A stretch of DNA of 17,463 nt from Candidatus Aegiribacteria sp. GTDB taxonomy: Bacteria > Fermentibacterota > Fermentibacteria > Fermentibacterales > JCC-6. Of this stretch, positions 17,073 to 17,463 are shown piece by piece. The stretch covers positions 1 to 17,463 of the forward strand of contig JAWOBF010000129.1 in the NCBI GenBank assembly GCA_046498225.1. The letters are read 5' to 3'. A model generated the notes under the pieces. The model ran no database searches. It was not told where the DNA came from and saw only the letters and a program-made list of their open reading frames with translations. The position numbers and the translations under genes are program-made. Every line of letters begins with the position of its first letter. Position 1 is the first letter of the stretch.

Positions 17073-17463
17073 AGACCGGGCTAACCTTTCTTACCTTTAT
17101 ACAGCATATTATTACTATTTATAAATATAATGTAACCTTCGGAATGGATGGATGCTTCGCCTTGAGGTTCGAATCTCGCCTCCACCACAATATAATGTAG
17201 ATCATAAATCCTTATTAATAAAAAGAACTTAGGTATATATGTGTATGCGTGATGGGCTATGACCCGTGGCACATATATGGCACATTTTCGGTTCGAATAA
17301 CTATCCCAACAGAGACCCGGATTCTGCGATTTGCGGGCATTATCTACCTCCTATGGTTGTGAAATCGATACTTTACCTCCATTCTGTTTATATCTTTTCA
17401 AAAAGTCAGTAAAATACAGGAATTACAGATACTTACTACTGAAGGGAATAATACTCATGTGAT
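17073..17463. mobile_element. AT-rich flank, probable edge or remnant of an element integrated at ssrA
   Basis: Abrupt composition shift just after the CCA end, a duplicated ssrA 3' fragment and TGGCACAT tandem repeats. No integrase gene lies within the window, so the call is indirect. Confidence 0.45.
17166..17187 (+). repeat. Damaged direct repeat of the ssrA 3' end (att-like remnant)
   Basis: GGTTCGAATC-T-CGCCTCCACCA versus the gene's GGTTCGAATC-CCGC-CGCCTCCACCA (17048-17072): identical flanks with a net 3-nt internal loss. Confidence 0.8.

Noticed and set aside
17081..17272. 63-aa minus-strand ORF from the track
   Set aside because: GTG start without an SD, runs through the ssrA repeat and low-complexity AT sequence, and shows no recognisable domain.
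17073..17463. CRISPR array or dif site in the AT-rich flank
   Set aside because: Repeats are too short, degenerate and ssrA-derived, with no cas genes. TATAATGTA resembles the dif centre but the XerD arm (TTATGTTAAAT) is missing.

Overview
GC-rich bacterial chromosomal window. Most of it (1-14525) is a tightly coupled + strand division/cell-wall (dcw) cluster: rsmH (5'-truncated), ftsL, ftsI, murE, murF, mraY, murD, ftsW, murG, murC, ftsQ, ftsA, ftsZ, with no murB or ddl. It is followed by an uncharacterised radical SAM gene, a bidirectional terminator, rpmB (L28, minus strand) and a complete tmRNA gene (ssrA, 16721-17072) transcribed divergently from rpmB. The most unusual observation is in the tmRNA: the canonically placed resume codon reads GCC-GCA-TAA, which predicts a tag of only (A)-A-A. 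Directly after the tmRNA CCA end the sequence turns AT-rich. That stretch holds a damaged copy of the ssrA 3' end, short direct and inverted repeats and a small SD-led ORF, consistent with the edge or remnant of an element integrated at ssrA. All calls come from manual motif reading; no database searches were run.
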